A DNA stretch of 64,000 nt, from the NCBI RefSeq assembly GCF_009914755.1, contig NC_060938.1; one strand, 5' to 3'. Of the stretch, positions 13,501-27,719 are shown piece by piece. This DNA comes from the human T2T-CHM13v2.0 reference genome, Homo sapiens. The translations under genes and the position numbers were made by a program. Positions within the stretch are counted from its first letter, which is position 1. Every line of letters begins with the position of its first letter. The notes beneath the pieces are model-generated. The model did not search any database and was not told the origin of the DNA. It worked only from the letters and a program-made list of their open reading frames with translations.

Positions 13501-16284
13501 TGGAATGGAATGGACTGAAGTGGAATGGAATGGAATGGACTCTAATGGAATAGAATGGAATGGAATGGACTCGAATGGAACAGAATGGAATGGAATGGAA
13601 TGTAATCGAATGGAATGAAATTGAATGGACAAGAATGGAATGGAATAGAAAGGAATGGAATGGCACGAAATGGAATGGAACTGACTGGAATGGATAGCAA
13701 TGGACTTAAATGGAATACAATGGAGTGGAAGGGAATGCACTCGAATGAAATGGAATGGAAAGGACTTGAAAGCAATAGAATGGACACGAATGTAATGTAA
13801 TGGAATGGAATGGACTCGAATGGAATGGAATGGAATGGACCCACCAGGATTGGAATGGAATACACTCGAATGGAATAAAATGGAAAGGTTTGGGCTCGAG
13901 TGGAATGGAATGGACATGAATGGAATTGAATAGAGTGAAATGGAATGGACTGTAAAGTAATGGAATGGACTTGAATGGAAAAGAATGGAATGGAAAGGAA
14001 TGGACTCGAATGAAATGGAATGGAATGGACTTGAATGGAAAGGAATGGACACGAGTAGAATGGAATGGAATGGACTCGAAAGGAATGGAATTGAATTCAA
14101 TCGAATAGAATGGAATGGAATGGAATGGAATGGAATGGAATGGAATGGAATGGAATGGACTCGAATGTAATGGACTGGAATGGATATGAAAGGAATGGAA
14201 TTTAATTGAATGGATTCGAGTTGAATGGAATGTAATGGTATGGAATGCACTCGAATTGAACGGAATGGAATGCAATGACAGGGACTCGAATGAAATGAAA
14301 TGGAATGGAATAAACTCGAATTTAATGCAATGGATTGTAATGAAATGGAATGGACTCAAATGGTACGGAATGGAATTGATTGGAATCGAAAGGAGTTGAA
14401 TGGAATGGAATGGACTCGAAAGGAATGGATTGGAATTGAATGGAATGGAATGGAATGGAATGGACTCGAATGGAAGGGAATGGAATGGACTCCAATGGAA
14501 TGAAATGGTCTCGAAGGGAATGGAATGGAATGAAAACGACTCGAGTGGAATGGAATGGAATGCAATGGACTCTAATGGGATAGAATGAAATTGAATGGAC
14601 TCTAATGGAATGGAGTGGTATAGAATGGAACGGAATGGACTGGAATGGAATGGAATGCAGTTGAATTGAATGGATCCGAAAAGAATGGAACGGAATGGAA
14701 TAGAATGGAATGGAATGGAACAGAACAGACTTGAGTGGGACGGAATGGAGTGGAGAGGACTCTAATGGAATGGAATTGAATGGACTCAAATGTAATGGAA
14801 TGGAATGGAAGAGAATGGACTTGAATGAGATGGAATGGAATGGAAAGGACTCTAATAGAAAGAAATGTAATGGACCCGAATGTAATGTAATGTAATGGAA
14901 TGGAATGGAGAGGTACGGAATGGAATTGACCCGAATGGAATGAAATGGACTCGAATGGAATGAAATGTAATGGAATGGAATGGAATGGACTTGAATGGAA
15001 TGGAATAGAATGGAAAGGAATGGAATGGACTCTAATGGGAAGGAATCAAAAGCAAACAACTTCAGTGAAATGGAATAGTATGGAATGGAATGCACTCAAA
15101 TGGAATGGAATGGAATTGAATCTAATGGAATCGAAAGGAATGGACTGCAATGGAATTGAATGGAGTGCAGTGGACTCGAATGGAATGGAGTGGAATGGAT
15201 ATGAATGGAATGGACGGAATGGAATGGAATGAAATGGAATAGAATGAAATGGATTGGAATGGAATGGAAGGGAATTGAATGGAATAGAATGGAATGGGAA
15301 AGAAAAGGACTCGAATGAAATTGAAAAGTATGTGCTCGAATGGAATGTAATGGACACTAATGTATTGTAATGGAATGCACTCGAACGGAATGGAATGCAA
15401 CGGAATGGACTCAAGTGGAATGGAACGGAATGGACTCGAATGGAATAGAATGGACTTGAATGGAATGGAATGGACAAGAATGGAAAGTAATTGAATGGAA
15501 TGGAATGGACTGTAATGGAATCGAATGGAAAGTAATGGAATGGAATGGAATGGAATGGAATGGAATGGAATGGATCGGACTTGAATGGAATAGATTGGAA
15601 ACAAATGGAATAGACTCGAATGAATTGGAATGGAATGGAAACTAATGGAATGGAATTGACTCGCCTGGAATGGAATGAAATGGAATGGACTCAAATGCAA
15701 CGGAGTGGCATGGATTCGAATGGAATGGAATGGAATTGACTAGAATGGAATAGAAAGCAATGGACTCGAATGGATTGGAATATAATGGAATGGACCCAAA
15801 TGGAATGGAGGGGAATGGAATCAAAAGGAATTCGAATGGAATTGAATGGTTACGAATTGAATGTAATGTAATGGAACTGAATGGACTCGAAAGGAATGGA
15901 GTGGAATGGACTCGAATGAAATGGAATGGATTGGACCCGAATGGAATGGAATGGAATGGAATTGAGTGGAATGGAATGGAATGGAATGGAATGGAAAGGA
16001 ATGGAAAGGAATGGAATACAATAGAATGGACTGTAATCGATTGGAATTGAATGGAATGGAATGGTCTCAAATGCAGTGGAATGGACTCCAATGGAATGGA
16101 ATGGAACGGAATGGAATGGAATGCACTCGAATGTATTTGAGTGGAATTTACTGGATTGGAATCTAATGTTATGGACTCTAACAGAATGGAATGGAATGGA
16201 CTTTAATGGAATGGAATGGAATGGACATGAAACGTATGGAATTGAATTTGATGGAATGGAATGTATTGGAATGGAAGGGATGTA
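10541..16284 (-). repeat. HSat3 block in inverted orientation, (GAATG)n on + strand
   Basis: Abrupt switch ...ttccagtctat|tgaatggaatgg at 10,541 and back at ...gggatgta|ttccagtacatccc at ~16,284. Confidence 0.97.
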
Positions 16285-19200
16285 TTCCAGTACATCCCAC
16301 TCTATTCAATTCGAGTCCATTGCATTCCATTCCATTTCAGTCTATTCCATTCCATTCCATTCTATTCCAATCCTTTCTAATCAATTCTATTCCATTCCTT
16401 TCCATTACATTCCATGCCATTCCTTTCCATTCCATTCGCGACCATTCCATTCCCTTCCATTCGAGTTCATTCGATTCCATTCGAGTTTCTTCCATTCCAT
16501 TGCATGCCATTCCAGTCCATTCCACTGCATTCCATTTCATTCGAGTCGATTCCATTCCATTCCATTCTATTTTAGCCCATTCCGTTCCATCTCATTCATA
16601 TCCATTCTATTCCATTCGAATCCATTCCATTCCATTCGAGTTCATTCCATTCCGTTACTTTCCTTTCCATTCAAGTCCATTCAATTCCATTCCATTCCAT
16701 TTGAGCCCAGTCCATTCCATTCCGTTTGAGTCCTCTCCATTCCTTTTGAATCCATTAGATTCCATTGCATTCGCGTCAATTCCATTCTAAACTATTCCAT
16801 TCCAGTCCATTCTAGTCCATACCATTCCATTCCATTCCATTCTTGTCCATTGCGTTCCATTCAATTCGACTCCATCGTATTCCATTCCACTTCATTTGGG
16901 TGAATTCCATTCCGTTCCATTCCATTTGAGTCCATTACTTTCCATAACATTCCATTCCATTTGGGTGCAATGCATGCCATTCCATTCGAGCCCAGTCCAT
17001 TCCATTCCATTCCATTCGAGTCCATTCCATTCCATTTTAGTCATTTCCATTGCATTCCCTTCAAGTCGACTGCATTCCATTCCATTCCATTCCATTCCAT
17101 TCCATTCCATTCCATTCCTTTTGTGTCCATTCAATTCAATGTCACTCCTTTCGTTTCCATTCCATTGCATTCCATTCGATTCCATTCCATTCCATTCGAG
17201 TCTATTCCATTCCATTACAATGCATTCGAGCACATTTCATTCCATTCCATTCCATTCGAGTTCATTGCATTCCATTACATTCCATTGCATTTGGATCCAT
17301 TCAATGCCATTCCATTCCATGCGGGTCCATTCCACTCCATTGTATTCAAGTGCATTCCATTCCGTGCTAATCCATTTGAGTCCATTCCATTCCATTCCAT
17401 GCTATTCCATTTGAGTCCATTCCATTACATTCGGGTCCATTCCATTCAATCCCATTCCATTCTATTCCCTTCCATTCTTTTCCCTTCCATTCCATTCCAT
17501 TCCATTTGAGTCCAATGAATTCCATTGCATTCAATTGAAATCCATTCCATTCCATTCGGGTCCATTCCCTTCAATTCCATTAGTGTCAATTCAATTCCAT
17601 TCCATTCGAGTGCATTCCATTCCATTCCATTCCATTGGTGTCCATTCAATTCCATTCCATCCCATTAGAGTCCATTCCATTCCACTCGAGTCGTTTTCAT
17701 TCCATTCCATTCCCTCCGAGAACATTCCATTCCATTGGAGTCCATTCCATTCCCTTCCATTCGATTCCAATCCATTCCAGTCAATTCCATTCCATTCCTT
17801 TCAATTCCTTTCTAGTCCATTACATTCCATTACATTGCTTTCGAGTCCGTTCCATTCCATTCCATACCGTTTGTGTCCGTTCCATTCCATTACATTCCAT
17901 TGCATTAAATTCGAATCCATTCCATTCCATTCCATTTCATTCAAGTCCCTTTCATTCCATTCCATTCCATTCGAGTCCATTCCTAACCATTACATTCCTT
18001 TCGAATTGAGTCCATTCAATTCCATTCCATTCCATTCGAATCCATTCCACTCTCCTCCATTTGAGTCCATTCCATTCCATTCCATTCCACCTGAGTCGTT
18101 TCCATTCCATTGGAGTCCATTCCATTCCACTCCATTCTTTTTTCCTTTCCTTTCCATTCCATTACAGTCCATTCCACTGAATTCCATTCCATTCCATTCG
18201 TGTCCATTCCATTCCATTTCATTAGAGTCCATTCCATTTCATGCAATTCCATTTGTGTCCATTGCATTCCATTCCACTTTAGTTCATTCCATTCCATTCC
18301 ATTCGAGTCCATTCCAATCCATTACATTCTATTCGAGTCCATCCCATTATATTCAATCCTTTCCATTTCATTTCATTCGAGTCCGTTCCATACCACTCCA
18401 TTCTATTCCATTCATGTCCATTCCTTTCCATTCCACTCCATTACATTCCTTTCCATTCCATTCCAGTCCATTCCATTCCATTCAAGTCCATTCCATTCCA
18501 CTTCATTCCATTCCATTCATGTCCAGTCCATTCCATTCCATTCCATTCAAGTCCATTCCATTCCATTCCACTTGAGTCCATTCCGTTCCATTCCATTCGA
18601 GTCCATTCCATTCCATTACATTACATTTGAGTCCATTCCTTTGCATTGGAGTCCTTTCCATTCCATTTCATTTGAGTCCATTCTATTCCATTCCATTTGT
18701 TCGAGTCCCTTTCATTCCATTCCATTCCATTCCATTCCATTCCATTTGAGTCCATTCCTTACTATTACATTCCGTTCGACTCGAGTCCATTCAATTCCAA
18801 TCCATTCCATTCGAATCCATTCCACTGCAATCCATTCGAGTCCATTCCATTCCATTCCATTCCATTCAATTAAATTGATTCGATTCCTTTCCATTCCATT
18901 TCATTTGATTCCATTCCATTCCACTCTTGTCCATTCCATTCCATTTGAGTCCATTCCATTCCATTTCATTCGAGTGCATTCCATTCCATTCCATTCTATT
19001 CCATTCTAGCCCATTCCATTCCTTTTCATTCCTGTCCATTCCATTCCATTCCATTCCATTCCATTCCATTCCATTCCTTTCCATTCCATTCCATTCCATT
19101 CCATTCCTCTCCATTCCATTCGTGTCCTTTCCATTCCATACAAGCCCTTTCCTTTCCATTATATTCCATTCAAATATATTTCATTTCATTCCTCTTTAGT

Positions 19201-22200
19201 CCATTCTATTCCATTCCGTTCAAGTCCATACCAATCCATTATATTCCATTCGAGTCCATTCCATTGCATTCAAGTCCTTTCCATTCCATTTCATTCGAGT
19301 CCCTTCCATTCCACTCCATTCTATTCACTTCATGTCCATTCCTTTCCATTCCACTCCATTCCATTCCATTCCATTCCAGTTCATTCCATTCCACTTCATT
19401 CCATTCAATTCGTGTCCATTCAATTCCATTCCATTCGAGTACATTCCATTCCATTCCATTCTATTCCATTCGAGTCCATTCCATTTCATTCCACTTGAGT
19501 CCATTCCGTTCCATTCCTTTTGAGTCCTTTCCATTCCATTCTATTCCATTCGAATCCATTCTATTGCATTTGATTCCTTTCCATTCCATTTCATTGGAAT
19601 CCATTCCATTCCATTGCCTTCTATTCCATTCAATTCCATTCCTTTCCATTCCACTCCGTTCCATTCCCTTCCATTCCAGTCCATTCCATTCCATCCCATT
19701 CCATTCCATACTTTTCGTGTCCATTACATTCTATTCCTTTAGAGTCTATTCCATTCCATTCTATTCCAATTGAGTCAATTCCATTGCATTCCATTTGAGT
19801 CCATTCCATTGCTTTCCATTCACTTCCATTTGATACCATTCCATTCCATTCTATTCCATTCCATTCTATTCGAGTCCATATCATTCCACTCCATTCCATT
19901 CCATTCCATTCCTTTCGAGTCCATTCAATTCGGTTGATTTCCATTGGAGTCCATTCCATTCCATTACATTCTTTTCGTTTCCATTCTATTCCATTCCTGC
20001 CCATTCCACTGCATTCCATTGCATTCGAACCCATTTCATTCCATTACGTTCCTTTCCATTCAATTCCATTCCTTTCCATTCCCTTTGATTCCATTCCATT
20101 CCATTCCATTCCTTTCCATTTCATTGCATTCCATTCCATTCCATTCCATTCCATTCCATTCAATTGCATTCCATTCCATTCCATTCCATTCCATTTCATT
20201 CCATTGGATTCCATTCCATTCCATTCCTGTCCTTTCAATTCCATTCCACTCCATTCGAGTCCATTCCACTCAATTCCATTCTTGTCCTTTCCATTCCACA
20301 TCATTCCATTGTTCTCCATTCCATTCTTTTCCATTCTCTTCCATTCCACTCTATTCCATTCGAGTCCATTGCATTCTATTTCATTCCCTTAGAGTCCATT
20401 CCATTCTATTCCATTGGAGTCAATTCCATTCCATTCCATTCCATTCATTTTCATTCCATTCCATTCAATTCCTTTTCACTCGAGTGGATTCCTTTCAATT
20501 CCATTCCATTCGAGTCCCTTCCATTCCATTCCTGTCCATTCCATTCCTTTCCATTTGATTCCATTCCATTCCTTTCCTATCCATAACTTTTGGGTCCATT
20601 CAATTCCATTCCATTCCATTTGAGTCCTTTAAATTCCTTTCCATTCCTCTCAATTCCATTACACTCCATTGCATATGAGTCCATTCAATTCCACTCCATT
20701 AGATTCGAGTCCATTCCATTCTATTCCATTTGAATCCGTTCCATTCCTTTCCATTCCTTTTGAGACCATACCATTCCATTCCATTCCACTGGAGTCCATT
20801 TCTTTCCATTCGAGTTCATTTCATTTCATTCAAGTCCATTCCATTCCATTGAACTCAAGTCCATTCCATTCCAATATATTCCATTTGAGTCCATTCCATT
20901 CCATTAAAGTCCATTCCATTCCACTCCATTCCATTCGAATCCATTGCATTCTATTCCACTCGTGACCATTCCATTCCACTCGAATCAATTTCATTCCATT
21001 CGAGCCAATTCCATTCTATTATATTCGAGTCCATTCTATTCCATTCCATTCCATTTGAGTCCATTCTATTCTATTACATTCGAGACCATCCAATCCGAAC
21101 CCATTCCGTTTGAGTCTATTCCATGTCCTTTGATTTGAAATCATTCCTTTCCATTCCATTCCATTTCATTCCATTCGAGTCCATTCGAGTCCATTTTTTT
21201 CCATTTCATTCGCGTCCATTCCATTACACTTAATTCCATTCCATTCCATTCCATTCAATTCCTTTCGTGTCAATTCCATTTCATTCCATTCGAGTCCATT
21301 CAACTGCATTGCATTCCATTCCTTTTGAGACCATGCCATTCCATTCCATTACATTCCATTCGAGTCCATTCAATCCCATTCCATTACATTCGATTCCATT
21401 CCATTCCATTTCATTCTACTCAAGTCGTTTCCATTCCATCCCATTCAATTTGAGTACATTTCATTCCATTGAAGTCCTTTAAATTCCATTCCATTTGATT
21501 CCATTCCATTCTATTAAATTACATTCCTTTCCATTCCATTCCATTCTATTACATTCGATTCCATTCCATTCCATTCCATCAGAGTCCATTCCACTAAATT
21601 CCCATCTATTGCATTCGAGTCTGTTCCTTTCAATTCCATTCAATTCGTGGCCTTTCCATTCCATTGGAGTCCATTCCATTCCATTCCATTCTGTTTAAAT
21701 TCATCCCAGTCCATCCCTTTCTATTCCATTCAAGTCCATTCCAATCCAAAGCTTACCATCCCATAGCATTCCATTCCATTCCTGTCCTTTCCATTCCCTT
21801 CCATTCCAGTCCATTCCATTCCAACCCATTCCATTCCATACGTTTCGTGTCCATTCCATTCCATTCCTTTAGAGTCTATTCCATTCCATTCTATTCCAAT
21901 TGAGTCAATTCCTTTCCATTCCTTTGGAGTCCATTCCACTCCATTGCATTCGAGTCCATTCCTTTCCATTCCATTCTATTCGAGACCATTCCTTTCTACT
22001 CCATTCGAGTCAATTCCATTCCATTCCATTCGAGTACATTCCATTCCATTCCATTCCACTCCACTAATTTCCTTTCCATTCCTTTGCAATCCATTCCATT
22101 CCACTCAAGTCGTTTGCCTTCCATTCCATTCTATTCCATTCGGGTCCATTCCATTCCATTGGAGTTCATTCCATTGAATTCCATTCGAGTCAATTCCACT

Positions 22201-25200
22201 CTATTCCACTCGAGTGCATTCCATTCCATTCCATTCTATTCGAGTCCATTCCACTCCATTCGACTCCATTCCATTCCATTCCAGTCAATTAAAATCCATT
22301 CCATTCCATTCCATTCCATTCCTTTTTTATTCCATTCCATTCCTTTCCATTCTATTCCAATCCATTCCATTCCATTCCATTCCTCTCCATTCCATTCCAA
22401 TACATTCCATTCCATTCCATTCCATTCCGTTCCATTCCATTCGTGTCCATTCCATTCCACTCCATTCGAGTCCATTCCATTCCATTCCATTCGAGTCTAT
22501 TCCATTCCATTGCATGCCATTCGAGTTCTTTCCCATGCATTCCATTTCATTCGAGTCCAATCCATTCCATTCCACCTGAGTCCATTCCTTTCCATTACAT
22601 TCAAGTCCATATCATTCCATTCGAATCCATTCCATTGCATTTGAGTCCTTTCCATTCTATTTCCTTTGCGTGCATTCCTTTCCTTTCCATTCTATTCCAT
22701 TTAAGTCCAATCCGTTCCATTCCACTCCATTCCATTCCCTTCCATTCCAGTCCCTTCCATTCTATCCCATTCCATTTCATAACTTTCTTGTCCATTTCAT
22801 TCCATTCCATTCGATTCCATTCCATTTTATTCCTTTCCATTCCATTCTATTCCATTCAAGTCCATTCCATTCCATTCCATTCGAGTCCATTCCATACCTT
22901 TACATTCCGTTTGAATCGAATCCATTGAATTCCATTCCACTCCATTCCATTTGATGCCATTCTATTCCATTCCACTCCACTAGCGCATATTCCATTCCAT
23001 TCGAGTCCGTTCTATTCTATATCATTCGAACCCATTCCATTCTTTGCCATTCTATTCCATTCAAGTCCATTCCATTCCATTCTATTTCAGTCCATTCCAT
23101 TCCATTCCATTCCATTTTTGTCCATTTCATTCCATTTCATTCGATTCCACTCCATTCAATTCTATGGCATTCGAGTCCATTCCATTCCACTTGATTCCAT
23201 TCCATTCCTTTTGAGTCCATTCCATTCCATTCTATTCCATTGCATTCCATTTCATTTGACTCCATTCCATTCCATTTCATTCGAGTCCATTCCATTCCAT
23301 TCCATTCTATTGCATTCAACTCCATTCCATTCAGTTCCATTCCGTTCCATTACATTCCATTCGAGTCCATTCCATTCCATTTCTTTAGAGTCAATTCTTT
23401 TAGTTTCCAATCCAGTAAATTCCATTCTATTCCAATCGAGTCCATTCCATTCCATTCCATTTGAGTCCACTCCATTCCATTCCATTCTATTCCAATCCAT
23501 TCTTTTCCGTTTTGTTCCCTTCCCTTCCATTCCATTCCATACAGGTGCATTCCATCCCATTCTATTCGAGTCCATTCCATTCCATTCAATTCCATTCGAG
23601 TTTATTTCATTCCATTGCATTCCATTCCCGTCCATTCCTCTGCATTGCATTTCATTCGAGTCCATTCCTTTCCATTCCACTCTAGTCGATTCTATTCCAT
23701 TCCATTCATTTCGTGTCCATTCCATTTCATTTGAGTCCGTTCCCTTCCATTCCATTCCATTCCATACGAGTCCATTTCATTCCATTCCAGTCCACTCCAT
23801 TCCTTTCAGGTACATTCTATTCAACTGCATTACATTCGATTCCATTCCATTCCATTTTATGTCATTCCATTCCATTCCATTCCATTCCATTCCATTCCAT
23901 CGACTGCATTCCATGCCATTCCATTCGAGTCCATTTCATTCCGTTCCATTCCATTCCCTTCGAGTTCATTCCATTCCATTCCATTCAAATCCATTCGGCT
24001 ACACTCTGTGTCCCTTCCATTCCATTCGAGTCCATTCCATTACATTCGAGTTCTTTCCATTCCATTCCATTACCTTCCTTTCGAATCCATTCGGCTCCAC
24101 TCCATTTGAGTCCCTTCCATTCTATTCGAGTCCATTCCATTCCATTCCATTCCATTCCCTTCCATTCCTTTTGAGTCCATTCAATTCCATTCCATTCCAT
24201 TGAAGTCCATTAAATTCCATTCCTTTCCATTCGATTCCATTACACTCCATTCCATTCGAATCCATTCCATTCCACTCTATTAGATTCGATTCCATTCCAG
24301 TCTATTCCATTTGTGTCTGTTCCATTCCATTCCATTCCTTTTGAGACCATACCATTCCATTCCATTCCACTGGAGTCCATTCCATTCTGTTCGAGTCCAT
24401 TCCATTGCATTGCGTTCGATTCCATTCCATTCCACTCTATTCCATTTGAGTCCATTCCATTCCATTCCATTTGAGTCCATTCCATTCTATTCCTTTCATG
24501 TCCATTCTGTTCCACTCGAATCAATTCCATTCCTTTCGAGCCATTTCCATTCCATTATATTCTAGTCTATTCTATTCCATTCCATTCTATTTGAGTTCAT
24601 TCCATTCCATTCGAGACCATCCAATCCCAACCCATTCCATTCGAGTCCATTCCATGTCATTCGATTCGAAGTCATTCCATTCCATTCCATTCCATTCCTT
24701 TCCATTCCATTCGAGTCCATTTCATTCGTGTCCATTCCGTTACATTTAATTCCATTCTGGTCCATTCCATTCAATTCCGTTCGAGTCAATTCCATTCCAT
24801 TCCTTTTGATTCCATTCAATTGCATTCCATTCCATTCCATTCCATTCCATTCCATTCCATTCCATTCGAGACCCTGCCATTCCATTCCATTGCATTCCAT
24901 TCCATGTGATTCCATTCAATCCCATTCCATTACATGTGACTCCATTCCATTCCATTTCATTCCACTCGAGTTGTTTCCTTTCCGTTCCATTCCATTAGAG
25001 TACATTCCATTGCATTCGAGTCCTTTAAATTCCATTGCATTCGATTCCATTCGATTCCGTTCCATTCCATTACAGTACATTCCTTTCCATTCCATTCCAT
25101 TCTATTACATTCGAATCCATTCCCTTCCATTCCATTAGATTCCATTCCACTAAATTCCAATCTTTTCCTTTCGAGTCCATTCCATTCCATTACATTCCAT

Positions 25201-26997
25201 TCGTGGCCTTTCCATTCCATTGGATTCCATTCCATTCCATTGTTTTTAAATTCATTCCATTCCATTCCATCCCTTTCTATTCCATTCAAGTCCATTCCAA
25301 TCCATACCATACCATCCCATTGCATTCCATTCCATTTCATTCCATCCCATTCCATTCGTGTCCTTTCCATTCCATCCCATTCGAGTCCGTTGCATTCCAT
25401 TCGATTCCAGTCCATTTAAGTCCTTTCCATTCCATTTCAGTCCATTTCACTCCATTGCTTTCGATCCCATTCCATTCTATTCGAGTCCATTCCTTTCGAT
25501 TCTATTCGAGTCAATTCCATTCCATTGCATTCGAGAGCATTCCATTCCATTCCATTTCATTCCATTCCATTCCACTCGAGTCATTTCTTTTCCTTTCCAT
25601 TGCTTTCCATTCCATTCCACTCGAGTCATTTCCTTTCCTTTCTATTAATGTCCATTCCATTCCATTGGTGTTTATTCCTTTGAATTCCATTCGAGACTAT
25701 TCCACTGTATTCCACTCGAATCTATTCCATTCCATTCCATTCCATTCCATTCGAGTCCATTCCACTCCATTCAAGTCCATTCCATTCCATTCCATTCGAT
25801 TAAAATCCATTCCATTCTTTTCTATTCCATTCCATTCTATTCCATTCCATTCTATTCTATTCCTTTCCTCTCCATTCCATTCCATTCCATTCGCGTCCAT
25901 TCCTTTCCACTCCATTCGAGTCCATTGCATTCCATTCCATTCGAGTCTATTCCATTCCATTGCATGCCATTCGAGTTCCTTCCCCTGCATTCCATTTCTT
26001 TCGAGTCCACTCCATTCCATTCCTCTTGAGTCCATTCCATTCGAGTCCATTCAATTGCATTACATTACATTCGAATCCATTCTATTGCATGAGTCCTTTC
26101 CATTCCATTTCATTCGAGTCCATTCCTTTCCATTCCATTCTATTCCCTTCAAGTCCATTCCGTTGCATTCCACTCCATTCCATTCCCTTCCATTCCAGTA
26201 CATTCCAATCCATCCCATTCCATTCCATACCTTTTGTGTCCATTCCATTCCATTCCATTCGAGTCCATTCCATTCCATTCTATTCCATTTGAATCCATTC
26301 CATTCTATTCCATTAGAGTCTGTACCATTATATTCCAATCCAGTAAATTCTGCTCTATTCCATTCGAGTTCATTCAATTGCATTCCATTCCATTCCATTC
26401 GAGTACATTCCATTGCATTCGAGTCCATTGCATTTCATTTAATTCCATTCCAATCCATTCCAATCTCTTCCATTCCATTTTACTCCTGTCCATTCCATTC
26501 CATTCCATTCGAGTCCATTCCATTCCATTCCATTCCGTTCACGTACATTCCATACCATTACATTCCGTTTGACTAGAATCCATTCAATTCCATTCCATTT
26601 GATTCGAATCCATTCCACTCCATTCCATTCGAGCCTATTCTATTCCATTCCATTCCACTAGAGTCCATTCCTTTCCATTCAAATCCTTTCTATTCCATAT
26701 CACTCCAGTCTATTGCATTCCGTTACAGTCCATTCCATTCCACTTCATTCCATTCCATTCCATTCCATTCCATTCCATTCCATTCCATTCCATTCCTTTT
26801 GAGTCCATTCCATTCCATTCTATTGCGTTCAAGTCCATTCCATTCCACTTGAGTCCATTCCATTCCATTCCTTTTGAGTCCATTCCATTCCATTCAAGTC
26901 CGTTCCTTTCCATTCGACTCCATTCCATTCCATTTCTTTGGAGTCCATTCCATTCATCTCCATTCCATTCCATTCCATTCCATTCTATTCCTTTCCA
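16285..26997 (+). repeat. HSat3 array, (CATTC)n on + strand
   Basis: CATTC pentamers ending sharply at ...ctattcctttcca|gagaaggtttagg. Confidence 0.97.
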
Positions 26998-27261
26998 GAG
27001 AAGGTTTAGGAGCCTGACCAAAGTTTCACGAAGTAAAGAATCTTTCTCAATTTTCATAATTTAAAACCAGTTAAGCAAATGTTACAAAATATCTGAAGAA
27101 ATAATCCGTCATGAGGAATAGTCAATAGGAGAAAAATGGGTGAGTTGGATTTCAGCCACTTGAATGATTATATAGCACGCAAAAGAATATTACTTAAAGT
27201 GCTTAGACAAATAAAAGAGGGAACAGTAAGAACAAAAAATAAAAGAGCATAAAAAATGACA

Positions 27262-27718
27262 TACAGTATCAAGACAAGACAACCTACAGAATGTAAGAAA
27301 ATATTTGCAAATCGTATATCTGGTAAGGGACTAATAGCTTTTTTTTGAGATGGAGATTCCATTTTGTTGTCCAACGCTGGAGTGCAGTGACATGATCTCG
27401 GCTCACTGCAACCTCTGCCTCCCAAATTCAAGCAATTCTTCCTGCCTCACCCTCCCAAGCTCCTGGGATCACAAGCATGTGCCTCCACACCCAGCCAGTT
27501 TTGTATTTTTAGTAGAGATGGAGTTTCACCAGGTTGTCCAGGCTGGTCTTGAACTTCTGTCCTCTGGTGATTCACCCACCTCGGCCTCCCAAAATGCTGA
27601 GATTACAGGCATGAGACACCGCGCTTGGCCGTATCATTTTGTTTTTAAGAGACAGGGTATTGCTTAATATCGAGTATATAAAGAACACTTACACCTCAAA
27701 AACTTGACAAAAACAAAG
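27262..27718 (+). mobile_element. Old L1M ORF2 fragment interrupted by Alu
   Basis: aagacaacctacagaatgtaagaaaatatttgcaaatcgtatatctggtaagggactaata, resuming after the Alu as taatatcgagtatataaagaac. Confidence 0.7.
27339..27630 (-). mobile_element. Alu (AluS/J), full length
   Basis: poly-T, gagatggag...ctggagtgcagtg...gattacaggcatgagacaccgcgcttggcc. Confidence 0.92.
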
Positions 27719-27719
27719 A

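Noticed and set aside
156-26576. Many long ORFs (up to 513 aa) of IPFHS/MEWNG repeats
   Set aside because: They are an automatic result of translating a stop-poor pentamer satellite in all frames; there is no gene structure
1-26997. CRISPR-like, telomeric or HSat2 interpretation of the repeat
   Set aside because: There is no repeat-spacer architecture and no TTAGGG; the CATTC/CATTCGAGTC composition fits HSat3
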